Source of the DNA: Mobula hypostoma
Lineage: Eukaryota
Direction: 5' to 3'
Assembly (NCBI RefSeq): GCF_963921235.1
Contig: NC_086109.1
Span: 37,016,001-37,080,000, forward strand
Length of the DNA stretch: 64,000 bases
The position numbers were made by a program, and so were the translations under genes. The notes beneath the pieces are model-generated. The model made no database searches and was not told the origin of the DNA. It saw only the letters and a list, made by a program, of their open reading frames with translations. Shown one piece after another: positions 12,675 through 25,112 of the stretch; position 1 is the first letter of the stretch, and the number at the start of each line of letters is the position of its first letter.

Positions 12675-13365
12675 AGCAATACACACAAGATGTTGTAGGA
12701 ACTCAGCAGGCCAGGCAGCATCTATGGAACAGAGTACAGTCAACGTTTCGGGCTGAGACCCTTCAGCAGGACTAGAGAAAAAAAGGATGAGGAATCATTT
12801 TATTTCCACTTCCCATTCCCATCCAACATATCCATCAATGGCCTCCTCTACTGTTGCAACAAGGCCACATGCAGGATGGAGATGCACCACCTTATTTTCC
12901 ATCTGAGTAGTCTCCAACCTGATGCCATGAACATCAATTTCTCGAACTTCCGGTAATGACCCCCCTCGATATTCTCCATCTCCTTTCCCATCTTTCAGCT
13001 CCTTGCCTGCCCATCGCCTCCCTTTGTTTCTCCTCCCATTTTTTCTTTCTTCCATGGCTTTCTGTCCTCTCCTATTAGATTCCCCCTTCTCCAACCCTGT
13101 ATCTCTTTCACCAATCGACTTCCCAGCATTTTACTTCACACCTCCCCCTCCCAGTTTCACTTATCACCTTTCGTTTCTTCCTCTCCTCCCCCAACCTTCT
13201 AGCTCTGACTCCTCATCGTTTTTATCTCCAGTCCTGCTGAAGAGTCTCAGCCTGAAATGTTGACTGTTTTGACTTTTCCATGGATTCTGCCTGGCCTGCT
13301 GAGTTCCTTCAGCATTTTGTGCATGTTGCTTTGACTTTCAGCATCTGCAGATTTTCTTTTGTTTA
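12675..13365 (+). mobile_element. Penelope 3' fragment (GIY-YIG C-terminus + 3'UTR) preceded by an inverted terminal repeat
   Basis: 12796-12957 is homologous to 59110-59270 (HFNSTSHSHSDMSIHGLL...FSN). 12675-12795 is an inverted copy of 13210-13335. Confidence 0.85.
12738..12773 (-). ncRNA. Minimal type I hammerhead ribozyme-like motif (PLE type), CUGCUGA core variant
   Basis: The minus strand reads agtc-CTGCTGA-A-gggt-ctca-gccc-GAAAC-GTT-gact: stem I agtc/gact, stem II, and a palindromic ACGT stem III. Confidence 0.6.
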
Positions 13366-14060
13366 TAACTAAGTGTAAGCATGTGTAGGAAGCCTCCTTT
13401 TGAAGACTACAGGTGTCTCAGAGGTTCAGAAATAGAGGAGGTTACAAAACAAGGAAACCATAAAAAGAAGTGAAAACAGGAGCCTGAATTTTAATATTAA
13501 GTCTTTGTTTAAGCAAGAGGCAATGTTTCTCAATCCCCTTGGCCTCCACCCTTCACACATTTATTTATCTTCACATACATTTCTCACCCCTTTCCTTTCT
13601 CTGCAACTTCAAACATGTCTGGTTTTTTTTTCATTAACAAGGGAATATTGAGTATTCCTCTGTTACTCTGTTACTGATAATTTACAGATTGCAGTTTTTA
13701 TTTCAGATTTTCAACATTTCATCCTATTGAGCACAGTTAAGACAGTGTGAATTAGTATATCACAACAATATCAGATGATCTGACATCAAATCTTGCCAAA
13801 ATCGGACTGGGCCAGTCTCATCTACATGTAATGAAAATTACAAGCAACAAAGACCTATAAGGACACACTTCAGTATAATTGAATGAAATCACCATTTCTT
13901 CATCCTCTCTGGTCAAGTGGTTACAATGTCCTCCCGGACAAAATTCAAAGAGGATCTACATCACAATTCAGAGATACAAGAAAATAGCCCAGCACTACAA
14001 AAGGATAACAAGAAACTGCTGTACATCCTCTGCTGGGTGCATTACATTGTGGGGCTCTTC

Positions 14061-14390
14061 TGTCACGGTGAATGCTGGCAAAGACTGAACCCAACTGTAG
14101 AGGAAAGACAGACTCCCATGTAAAGATGGCAACCAGGATTTATAGATAAGAGTTCCAACAGTACATCGGTGGCTCAGCCGAGCGACACCGCGAGACGTAA
14201 CATTCTGAATACTATAACCCCGCAATAAGCGCTAATCAGGAGTCCCCTTAAATAATCACAGAACACAGTAAACCTATGCTGGTCAAAACAAACTTAACGA
14301 GATTACATAGAAAGCAGCAGGAATTAACAATTCTCATTAAAACAGTAATTAACAAATTTAGTAGCCCTAGAAACCATGTAGTCCAACTCT
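14061..14390. mobile_element. Possible solo LTR fragment
   Basis: Starts tgtcacg...gaacccaa like Gypsy LTR ends. I could not identify the other end or a TSD. Confidence 0.25.
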
Positions 14391-14459
14391 CTCCAGCTCT
14401 CCACAGAGGACCAAAGAGTTCATCAGACAGCAGCTATACTTCATTTGTAGTTCAAGGAG

Positions 14460-15655
14460 ATTTAGTACATCACCAAATACTCCAGCAAATTTCTACCTAT
14501 GTACAGTAAAGGGCATTCGACTGATCACATTACTGCCTAGTATGGGGGCTCCAAAGCACAGGATTGAAAAAGCAGAAGGATATAGACTCAGCCAGCTATC
14601 ATGGGGTCTGAGCCTTCTCACTACTGAGGCCAATTTGAATAGGTGATGCCTCAAGAAAGCAGCATCTATGATCAGGGACCCTCACCGTCCAGGGCATAAG
14701 ACATGGGAGTAGAATTAGGCCATTTGGCCCATCAAGTCTGCTTCAAAATTCAATCATGGCTGATCCTTTTTTTTCCCCTCACCAACCCCACTACTCGGCC
14801 TTCTCCCCAAAACCTTTGGTGCCGCATCCAATCAAGAACCTATCAATCTCTGCCTTAAATACCCACAACGACCTGGCCTGGCCTCCACAGCTGCCTGTGG
14901 TAATAAACTCCACAAATTCACCACCCTCTGACTAAAGAAATTTCTCTGCATCTGTGTTTTAAATGTATGCCCCTTAATCCTGAAGCTGTGCCCTCATGTC
15001 CTAGACATCCACTCTGTCTAGGCCTTTCAACATTCAAAAGATTTCAATGAGACCCCCTCTCATCCTTCTAAATCCCAGCGAGTACAGACCCAGAGCTATC
15101 AACCATTCCTCATATGATAACCCTTTCATTCCTGGAATCATCCTTGTGAACCTCCTCTGAAACTTCTCCAATGCTAGCACATCTTTTCTTAGATGATGAG
15201 TCCAGAACTGTTCACAATACTCAAGGTGAGGCCTCACGAGTACCTTTTAAAGCCCCAGCATCACACCCCTGATCTTGTATTCTGGACCCCTTGAAATGAA
15301 TGCTAACATTGCATTTGCCTTCCTCACCTCTGACTCAACCTGCAAGTTAACCTTTACAGTGTTCTGCACATACCGCCTTTTCATTATTGTCATCATGGAG
15401 GAGATGCAAGAGCCTGAAGAAGCATATTTAACATTTTAGGAACAGTCTCCTCCCCTCTGCCATCAGATTTTTGAATTTTTCATGAACCCATAAGGACTAC
15501 ATCAGTGTTTTGTTCTCTTTTCGCAGTATTTATTTATTCTGATGTATCTTCTCACAACCTGCAGTAACATTTTTTTTATGTCTTGCACTGTACTACTGCT
15601 GCAAAACAGCAAGTTTCACAACATTATTATAGGTAATAAACATGATTCTGTTCTT
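14460..15655 (+). mobile_element. Rex1/Babar-like 3' fragment split by a CR1 insertion
   Basis: ...gaccctcaccgtccagggcata resumes at about 15370 (ccgccttttcattattgtcatcatggaggag...). Tail aataaacatgattctgttct. Confidence 0.65.
14695..15368 (-). mobile_element. CR1 3' fragment
   Basis: ORF 15034-15237 has RPHLEYCEQFW...QRRFTRMIPGMKGLSYEE. CR1 3'UTR starts at 14695. Confidence 0.88.
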
Positions 15656-15984
15656 ACGTACAATACCCACATCTCAGGAATGAACAAATATACAAAAAAT
15701 CCAAGACTTTAACAGGGTAAATAGCATGGATCTAACTTAGCAGTAAAATTAAAGATTCTAATTTATTAATTGGATTGCCAGCCTGACCTTGTACTGGAAA
15801 CACTGGGGGTCTGTACTTCGAAATAGTTCAGCTAGTGGAAAAGAAATTAAATTATTCATTCCAGCAACCATGTGGCCAAACAGAACAGAAACACATTCAG
15901 AAAGGATGCAGAGTTTGAGACTGAAATGTTCATATATGTTTGAGTTTGATTTTCAACATGTTGATCAGATTTACTATAATTAGG

Positions 15985-16175
15985 AGACAGAAGAGACTGT
16001 AAACACTAGAATCTGGAGCGACGAACAATTGCTGAGAGAACTTAACAGGAAATAAAGGAATTGTTAAAGTTTGAAGACCTGATGTAGAGTTTTGACTTGA
16101 AATATTGGCAGTTCCTTTCCTCCCTCAGATTCTGCTCAACCCACTGATTTTCCCGAGCAGGTTATTTATTGTTAC
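15985..16175. mobile_element. Old Penelope terminal-repeat inverted pair
   Basis: The left arm (agagactgtaaacactagaatctggagc...aacttaacagg) is inverted relative to the right arm (cctgatgtagagttttgacttgaaatattggc...attctgctcaacccactga). Confidence 0.5.
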
Positions 16176-16799
16176 CATAATTAGGCATTTTCCTAAGTCA
16201 GTCTAGGTCTAATTGTTCAAATTTTTGTTTTAAGAAATGAGCTAGGAATTGAAAAATAGACCCCTTATCCCTGAACATACTATGCAGTTCTTATATTTGA
16301 CAGGTAAATTGAAAATTCACTTCATCAGATCAATAAAAATACCACTAACACCTCGTGCTGATCTATATTTTCATCACACATTAAATCCTGAAACATTCTA
16401 ATATTCTGCTCATATTAAGCAGCTAAAGAATGAAGCTGATGTGGTAAATAAAGATAGCGCAATATAATCTTGTAACTGGAAACCCCAGGCAACGAAGTTC
16501 TCTGTCAAAAGTAGTGGAAGAAATAATTTATTCTCCTTCAACTCATAGGGCTGGTTCATGTTGGTGCCCTAGACGCAATCATTAATCAACAATTACTGCC
16601 ACAGGGCACCAATTACCTGTGAAATGTTGGAATTGAAAGAGATGGCCAGTTAGATTGATTTTTGCCAAATACTTTAAATAACCTTCAGCTCCTTCCACCA
16701 TTATAATGGCAACAATGAGACAATGCATGCTAAGCACAGGTTTGCAGATTTAGCCAGGCTGTGATGAAATATTAGCCAATGAATATGTATGCCCCATTT

Positions 16800-17555
16800 C
16801 TCAGGCAGTGGCTCTCAGCAAAGGCAAACATTGATGATGCCATTCCCCACTGTCTTCAATATCCTTATGTACTGATGTGAAGACATTATCTTCTTGGATG
16901 GCATGCAGGTCAAAGCTCATCACTGTACCTGAAAATTTCTTGCCTATAACCATTCAAAGTAAAGAAGGAACAGATAGAATGGGATCGAGAACATCAAAAT
17001 ACATTGGAAGTTCAGAGAAGGCCTGCATGAATAGCAGGAAGAGCAGATTCCCATACAAGCTACACACAGCTACTACCTCAGCACCTCCAACCTTTTATAC
17101 TTATCTGCAGTAACCACATTGGCTTCATCAGACACAATATGTTCCCAAAAATCCAGAGACATCCTTCATCCTGAGGGGCTATCTTTAAAAAAAGATTAAC
17201 CAAACTACAGTCTCCAGGGTTTTATTAGCCATGTTGCGGTGAAATTCAATGTTATATCAGCCAGACCACATTGAGCTAGAAGTGCTGAGTAGATAATTCA
17301 CTTTGGCTTTCTCATGAGATCCTAACATTTACAAAAACCAGTCTCCAGCCAGTCTCAAGTCACTGCTCATGATATCAATAGCCGTGAGCACTGAATATCG
17401 CAAAGGATGCAAAATCAGACAACACCCCTCCTATCGTACTGAAGACCTTCAGAGTTAACTGTACCTTCAACCAAGCTTTTCCAAAATATTTACAGCACTG
17501 ACATGGACCCGTAGAAAATGGACCCAGTTATGTCATACTCACAAGAAAGCAGACA
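16800..17555 (+). mobile_element. Very old CR1/L2-superfamily LINE remnant
   Basis: 17385-17555 resembles the K(A)xGPDxIPxxVLK...KLFQ...WKxAxVxPxHKK segment. No open frame remains. Confidence 0.4.
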
Positions 17556-17559
17556 ATTA

Positions 17560-18045
17560 CAACATAGAACATTACAGCGTAGTACGGACCCTTCAGCTCA
17601 CAATATTGTGCTGATATTTTATCCTCTCTAAGATCAACCTAATCCTTCTCTCCAACATAGCCTTCCATTTTTATATAATCCATGAGCCTTTCTTGGAGTT
17701 TCTTAAATGTCTTTAATGTGTCTGCCTCTACCACCACCCTTGGCAGCATGTTCCTAGCCAGCGGTCCCCAACCACCGGGCCGCGGACCAGTACCAGGCCG
17801 CATAGCATGTGCTACTGGGCCATGAGGAAACGATATGAGTTAGCTGCACCTTGGGGACCCCTGTTCTATACACTCACTACTCTCTCTGTAAAAACCTGCC
17901 TCTGACATCCCCCTGTACTTTCTTCCAATCACCTTAAAAATTGTGCCTGCTTCTATTAGTCATTTCTGCCCTGGGAAAAAGTCTCTGGCATTTCAATCCA
18001 TTGATACCTCTTATCATCTTGTACACCTCTATCAAGTCACCTCTC
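17560..18045 (-). mobile_element. CR1 3' end fragment
   Basis: aacatagaacattacagc... tail and a 3' region similar to 33755-34120. Confidence 0.75.
17759..17863. mobile_element. hAT (Charlie-like) MITE nested in CR1
   Basis: TIRs cagcggtccccaa and ttggggacccctg. The 8-bp TSD is poorly preserved. Confidence 0.7.
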
Positions 18046-18054
18046 AAATTATTA

Positions 18055-20000
18055 CCGTGGGCTGTCAGGTTTGTTGTTGTCCTCCACCAATTTCTAGAGT
18101 CCTTCTTTAGCAGTCTGGGGATAGTTTAGCCCCTGTTCAGCGGCCATGGTGCCTAGGCCTGGAAGACGGTCTCGGGCACTGCATTATAAGCTGCAGTCTG
18201 GAAGGCAGACTGGGCTCATCTGCTTTGGCTGGCAGCTGGTCAAGGAGGACAACTCTGACTCTAAACCTGGGAAGACAGATCTTATTAGACTTGGCAGGCA
18301 TTTCATCCAGGAGACGAAAATCTCTGATTCCAAACCCTCAAAGTGTCAAGGTATAATGGACAGTCTTGACCTGGGTCTATGGACATGACTTGAGCATCTA
18401 TTAACCGTGCCCCATCCATTGGAAAATGGCCCACTGCCTTGCAGGTCAGTCTTGGAAGAGATGAAGGCTAAGGAAGTAAACCCCGACAGCAAATCCAGAG
18501 TGGAGCCCCTAAGGCAGCTGGATGGCATATTGTGCTTCCTCCTGGCAACTCCTGCAGCCATGCTGGTACGAATTATTTCAGCAAGGCTAAGAGGTAGATC
18601 TCATCACTGGGCCACCCAAGGCCTCCATATCACCAGCCTAAGCTTGTAGTATCCTGGAGGTGTCACTCCAGTGACGTTGTAAGATTTTGGTACAGCACAG
18701 GAAGTGTCAGTTACCAGTTCTAAGCACACAGCAACTGCATAAGAGTGAGTGGCAGGGATCGTTTCTGCCAGTGGGAGAGTTCATTGCATCTCATCGGACA
18801 GCTACTTCCTGCCTCAAACTGGGCAGCTCCCGCCAGTAAAGTGCTGTCCCGCCACAGCTCGCCTGCTTCACCGGGTGTGTGGAGCTTAGAGACTAACCTC
18901 AACAAGCAGCTTGAAATTCCACACTCCAGCTCTTTGTATAGCAAGCTGGGATGTCAGGACCATGTGTCCTGGGCTCATGATTAACATTCAACTGGTCAAT
19001 GAAGCACGCCATCATAGATAGAGAACTCTGCAGACTGAATATAGGTGTTATCTGCCTTCAGGAGACTTATCTCACAGCTCTATCAAGAGTCGAACTACAC
19101 CTCCTTCTGGGAAGGGAAGTGTCAGGATGAGCCAAGTCTGTGTAGTGTCGGTTCTGTGGAGAGGAGTACGCTCACCGCAGTTGTTGTGCCCCCATTGGGA
19201 GGGACAGACAGAATCCTCACTCTCCGCCTGTCAACATCATCTGGCCCAGTCAAATTCATTAGCAACTATGCCCCCACTTCTCGGCACTAACCCTCGTAGG
19301 TAATAATCTCTTGACATGGCACTGGATGAAGCATTATCCAAGATAACTAGCGCTGAAGAGTTGTCCCTGTTAGGGGACTTCAGTGCTAGAGTAGGAGCCC
19401 ACACCAAGGCCAGGCCCAGCTGGTTGGCCCACTTGGAGTGGGGAAAATGAACTAATGTCTAGAGTCTGTTAGAAATGAGCTGTTACCACAGACTCTGCAT
19501 GACCAACACATATTTCCAGTGCAACAGGCTTCACAGTGTCTCATAGAGACACCCATGATCTCACTACTGGCATCAGCCTGAATTGTCATCACCAGGCGTG
19601 CAGACCTCAGAAGAATCCATATCACCTGCAGCTTATCACAGCACATTCCGTGACCCTGACCGCTCCCGAGAAGCCAGCAAAGAAGCTGACCTCTTTTAAA
19701 CAAGGGTTGACCACATATCAACACTTCCTAGCAGTGCCGGAGGAATGCAGAACTTTATTGACTGCTTTGAGGCAGCCTCCACCTGTGATGAAAACTCAGT
19801 CGAGTGCAAGTGTTTTTGTCTCTGATGTCACCTGCAACTCAGCTGCGTTCAGTCAGAGAGAATGCACACAAGCAGACTGTTATGAGGAAAACTGGATTGT
19901 ACACGAGAGACAAATTTATGGTGAGTATGCAACTCATTTCACCCCGTAACCATATTTGATTGCTGTACTTGCTCAGAGATGGCAGAGAATTAAAACAACT
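18055..20000 (+). mobile_element. RTE-clade LINE 5' half (long 5'UTR + decayed APE endonuclease)
   Basis: IDRELCRLNIGVICLQET (about 19013-19066), NYTSFWEG, SNYAPT, LGDFSARVG, GVGKMN. Confidence 0.75.
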
Positions 20001-20059
20001 TGACAGCAGTCGGCTCCCATAAATGCACTCACCAAGAAGACCTCTGCAGAATTCAATAT

Positions 20060-20425
20060 ACAAATGAAGCAGATCAAGAATGCTCAGAGCTAAAGTGATG
20101 CTTCACCACTGCCCCAGTTCTGCAGGATCCAGACCCATCTGGCCCATTCACCTTTGGGGTTGTTCTGATGAAGTGGCAATAGAAGTTTCCAAACCCCATC
20201 AAGCACCATACCTGTTTGGGCCACTCTGTGACTGCCTCAACTTTATATGAGTCCACTTGAACAATAGAAGGGGTGAGGATGTAGCCCAAGAATGACACCT
20301 GTTCTTTGTGGAACTCACATTTCTCTGCCTTGACTTAAAGTTTATTCTCAGACAGCTGTCTGAGAACCTTCTGGACATGCTGATGAGAGCAGGAATGTCA
20401 TCTAAATTTACAAAAAACAAACTGA
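20060..20425 (-). mobile_element. Gypsy (chromovirus/sushi-like) RT fragment, inverted relative to the adjacent integrase
   Basis: FVNLDDI, SFLGYIL, KVEAVTEWP, GFGNFYCHFIR. Confidence 0.75.
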
Positions 20426-20429
20426 TTCA

Positions 20430-22290
20430 ACTGAACTGTCTCCTTCCCTTGGCGCAGGTCCAGGAGTCAGTCGGCAGCCTCCTGACCCGATACTGTTTGA
20501 CCGTGGAAGTTCTGTGCCACTCTGTGACTACCTGAACCTTACCTGGTCAATATGCTTTTCTGTAGATAATCTGTTGTACCCTTGTGCTTTTCTTTACTGT
20601 CACTTGACTGCTGCAGAGCACAACTAGGATGTTGGAAATAGAGAACTTCTGGCTGTCTCTGGCTTCTTTTTGTCCCTGGCTGTCCAACTTGTGCCCAGAA
20701 CAAGATGTTATGTCAGCACCCTACTGATCTGTTCTGCCTGATGCCTCTGCCTCAATGCCCTTGGTCCCGCCTCTTGGTGGATTTCATCGCCGGTATGCCT
20801 CCATCGGATTGGAACACGCCCATCCCGGTAGTTTTGGACTGGTTCTCCAGATCTGCCACTTTATTGCTCTCCCCAAGTTCCTGTAAGCTTGTGAAACTGC
20901 CACCATCATGGTTCAGCACGGTTTTCCTGAGGACTACAGTTCACAGCCCGTTTTTAGAAGGCTTTCTGTTCTCTTTCAGGAGTCATGGTCAGCTGCTGAT
21001 CAGATTTCCACACCCTATCTAACAATCAGGTTGAGAGAGTGAATCAGCAGCTGGAGACAACCATGTGCTGCCTTGTCTCTGCCAACCCCGCAAACTGAAG
21101 CTCCCAGTTGGTTTGGGAAGAGATTACCTCCAGTCTTCCTCCACTAGCATGTCCCTTTCAATGCCAGAAGCTATTTCAGACTCCCCTTTTCTCCGACCAA
21201 GAGGTGAAATAGGAGTTCCTGCTGCTGAACAATTGGTCCAACGCTACAAGCGCAGTTAGAAATGAGCCAGGGCTTTTCTGTGGCACAATCAGACACAATA
21301 TGCCTGGCAGGCTGATTAGCTCCATCAATAGGTGAGGCCATTCAAGCCAGGGAAGAAAATCTGGCTACATGGGACCATTCAAAGTGGAGAAGGCTATCGA
21401 CATAGATTCCTATAGTATGTACCTACCATCCTCTATGAATAATTACCCACTGTTCCATTTTTTCCCGCTTCAAGCTGGTGAGAGCAACCCACCCCCTTGC
21501 TTCAGTAACCCCACCCTGCCTCTCTTCCCCCATGGTGGACGGGTTACTGGTCTAGTTCATGCAGCACCTCCTGGCATTTTACAGGTGCAGAGCAGGATCT
21601 AGCTCCTCATGAACTGGGAGGGCTATAGCCCAGTGTAACATGAACTGGGAAGGCTATGGCCCAGAGTAACATGAACTGGGAGGGCTATGGCCCAGAGTAA
21701 CATGAACTGGGAAGGCTATGGCCCAGAGTAACATGAACTGGGAGGGCTATGGCCCAGAGGAACGTTCTTGGATTCTGGCTTGTGACTGCCTGGACAAGTC
21801 TTTCATTCAGGACATCCAATGGACACAGGTATCCGGTACCCTGGGAGATACACCTAGGGAAAGGGGTCATGGACTCTGCTAGGCAGTCTGGGTGCCCATC
21901 TCAGGCGGGTAGCTGAAAGGGGTCAGCAATTGTGTTTGTGACAATGCACACTTTGGCTTATTTGTGGTTGTATTTAACTCCCTTCCTTTAATTTCAGTTT
22001 TTTCGAGTCGTGACGGAAGCATAGTGAAGGAAATACTTCCTGCTTACCTCAGTCCACATTCCAGGAAAGAGGATTACAATTTGATTGACACTGCAAAGGA
22101 GCGGTATTAATTCAGGCTATAGTTACTGCTCCTGAGCTGCAGTGATGGCGTTAGATTTTATTTGGAAAGTTTCAGTTAGTGGTCCTGCTAGACTAGCATT
22201 TATCATTTTCCTTTTGTTCCACACAATTCTTATTAAAACTTAGAGAACATTTCATTCTGCTGCTGCTCTGCACTTGGGTCATCACCAAAT
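20430..22290 (+). mobile_element. Gypsy chromovirus 3' part: integrase, chromodomain, PPT and 3' LTR (about 21867-22290)
   Basis: CPTCAQNK, PWSRLLVDFIAGMPPS, GPFKVEK, WEGYGPEERSWI. PPT agggaaagggg. LTR end ctgcacttgggtc. Confidence 0.75.
21608..21762 (+). repeat. 31-bp minisatellite, 5 copies, inside the chromodomain coding region
   Basis: catgaactggga(g/a)ggctatggcccagagtaa x5. Confidence 0.95.
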
Positions 22291-22661
22291 GTTCTATCAT
22301 CCAAATCTGAAATGTTGCAAATATTCTCACATCTCACAAGGAGTAACAGAAGTCCTTCATAATGTTACAGCCAATGGCAACGTCTTACTCTGAAGTTGAA
22401 CTGCAGGACGTAGATTTCAATGCAGGTTTATTCAGACGTTAACCATGTATTGCTTATCATTGTTGTTTAGCTAGGAGAATTGTTTGGACAGATATAGTCA
22501 CTTTACAGAATTTGCGATATGGTCTTTTTTCTAAATTCTGTTCTTCACCCTTCTTTTTCCTAATATCCTGTGCTAATCTATGTTCTGTCTGTTTATTCTG
22601 TCCTTTCTAGCAAACTATTGTGGATGCAGGAGATATAGGATAAAATATAAGATGCTGAGAC

Positions 22662-22782
22662 ATGAGAGATCCTGTAAATCCATAAATTTTGAGCAACACA
22701 CTGAAAGAACTCAGCAGGTCAGGCAGCGCCATGGAGGAAAATAAACAGTCGACATTTTGGACCAAGGCCTTTATCAGAACTC
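22662..22782 (-). mobile_element. Penelope terminal-repeat fragment
   Basis: gaactcagcaggtcaggcagc...aaacagtcgacattttggaccaaggcctttatcagaac. Confidence 0.7.
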
Positions 22783-23211
22783 AGAACATGCGATCTGTAT
22801 AATAATCAGAAGATATATAGAATGCTCAGCAACTTAGTTGGTATCCATTCATTTTTTTTTGTTTGTGACACCTATCTGAAATCTATACACACTGCAAATG
22901 ACATTTTGAAACAACGTGGCTTCATTGATTTGCCATTATTCTGAAACAATAGTCACTATGCATTTGAATGCTCAGCCTTTTGTTTTAGTACAGGATACAT
23001 CACAATCATTTTTCCTATTCTCCATCTCTTGAGAACAATGCTTTTTATAGTATTTTCTCTGCAGAGCTGATAGTATTATTTTCATTGGTTCTCATTTTAT
23101 TCCAAAATTTCTGCTGTGGTTTGAACCAGTAACATCATGGAAAAAACTAACCAAGTGCTATCTGACAAGAATAAATATCATCTTTACAAATAACATTTGT
23201 TTTTTTTTCGC

Positions 23212-23432
23212 AAACAAGAGAAAATCTGCAGCTTCTGGAAATCCGAACAACACACACAAAATGCTGGAGGAACTCAGCGAGCCTGGCAGCATCAAGGAAA
23301 AGAGTACAGTCAATGTTTCGGACCAAATCCAGGTGTCCTGCTGAAGGGTTTCTGCCCAAAACATCGACTGTGCGCTTTTTCTAGATGCTGCCTGGCCTGC
23401 TGAGTTCATCCAGCATTTTGTATGTGTTGCTT
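23212..23432. mobile_element. Penelope terminal-repeat inverted pair (long hairpin)
   Basis: aacacacacaaaatgctggaggaactcagcgagcctggcagcatc is inverted relative to gatgctgcctggcctgctgagttcatccagcattttgtatgtgtt. A hammerhead remnant lies at 23335-23370. Confidence 0.85.
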
Positions 23433-23629
23433 TGCTTTTTTTTCATTATGTTTTTATATCAGTACAATGTTTGTAACAAAGGGAGAACTACTATAATTGA
23501 CATCACTATTGCAGGGAAGCTTAATGTTAAAAAAAAGCCATTCTTAAGAGATGGAGAGATAGAACTGAAAGAAAACTTGGGTGGATTGTAACAGCAATAT
23601 AAATGAATCCCAGCAGACTAAATAAAATA

Positions 23630-24193
23630 AACTCAGAGGACACTTTTTTTTAAGTACACTACACCTGTACACAAATTTGTTCATGCAAATATCTAACCAG
23701 CCAATCATATGGCAGCAACTCAATGCATAAAAGGATGCAAACATTGTTGAGAGGTTCAGTTGTTCCACTGAATGTGTAAGAAATATTAGTTAAGTGACTT
23801 TAACCATGGAATGATTGTTGGTGCCAGATGGGGTGGTTAGAGTATCTCAGAAACTACTGATCTCCTGCGATTTTTAATACACAACTGTCTCTACAATTTA
23901 CAGAGTATGGTGCAAGAAACAAAAGAACATCCAGTGTAGCAGTTCTATTGGCAAAAATGCCTTGTTAATGAAAAGGGTCAGAGGAGAACGGTCAGATTGG
24001 TTTAAGTTGTCAGGAAGGTGACAGTAGCTCAAATAACCTTGTGTTACAACAATGGTGTGCAGTAGAACATCTCTGAACACACAACACAGTGGACCTTGAA
24101 GTGGATGGGCAACAGCAGCAGAAGACCAGAAACATGCACTTAGAGGCTACTTTATTGGCTACAAGTAGTACCTAATAAAGTTTCCACTTAGTG
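23630..24193 (+). mobile_element. Non-autonomous Tc1 element with HTH remnant
   Basis: Degenerate TIRs (actcagaggacacttt...aagtaca and gtacctaataaagtttccacttagtg|ta). LSDFNHGMIVGARWGG*SISETTDLL remnant near 23790-23870. Confidence 0.8.
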
Positions 24194-25112
24194 TATACAG
24201 TTGGCATTAATGATAAACAAACTGTGCACTTACACTAGATACTGGGCAATCAATCAATTTACCTGAAAAGGACATTATCTCTGAATTCAGATTTCTAGCC
24301 ATTTAGTGCTTAATTTCTGACTGGATTCACTGAGTAAGTTTGGATTAATTCCCAGTCTATTAAGGTTGTATCTATGTCAAGGAGATAGCTAATAAACTAT
24401 TTCTTCCCCTCTACACTGCCAATTTTATAAATAAGAGAGAATCTGGATAGATATCTTTTCTATCATATTATTCTGGCTTCTTGATCTGGAATATTGCATA
24501 CATGACATTGCTTTGACTGGAATTTTGTGATCTGTTTTTAAGAGCAAAGCTACCATTGGGCAGAATTATATCAGAAGTGGAAAGGAGCTTTGTTGTGCAT
24601 TTAATGTATGCCTAATCAGCACTTAGTTAAAGTGATAGATATTAACTGAATGGTCTTGTAATGTGAGTGTAATTCCTTTCAGCCTAGAAACAATGGTAAC
24701 ATTTTTGCTTGATTAGCCGTCAGCCAAGATTGAATGGCAGAGCAGACTTGATTGCCTTAGTCTGCTTCTATATCTTCTTGTCTTATAACCTTTCATCAGA
24801 ACCAGAAAAATTAGAAATAAAACTTGTGTTGTGATGACGGGCTATTGACCTGAAATGTTAACTGCTTCCATTTCGAGATGCTTGCTCCAAGGACAATTCA
24901 TCTTTGGCCTCCCAGGCTGTTCTTCGGAATAGGACTATCTACAAGAGGTCTTATCTGACAAATTTGACTGAGTTTTTTCTAAGTGTAACATAATACACTC
25001 ATGGCCACTTTATTAGATACTTTCTATTCCTGTTAAGTTGGCCACTGAGTGTATGTTCATGATCTGCTGCTGCTGTAGCCCATTCACTGCACACCACTGT
25101 TGTAACATGTTT

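Noticed and set aside
18055..18700. HDV-like ribozyme in the RTE 5'UTR
   Set aside because: Plausible for the clade, but I could not fit the nested double pseudoknot in this decayed copy.
21608..21762. CRISPR-like array of ~30-bp repeats
   Set aside because: The units are head-to-tail with no unique spacers, there are no cas genes, and the context is a vertebrate retrotransposon.
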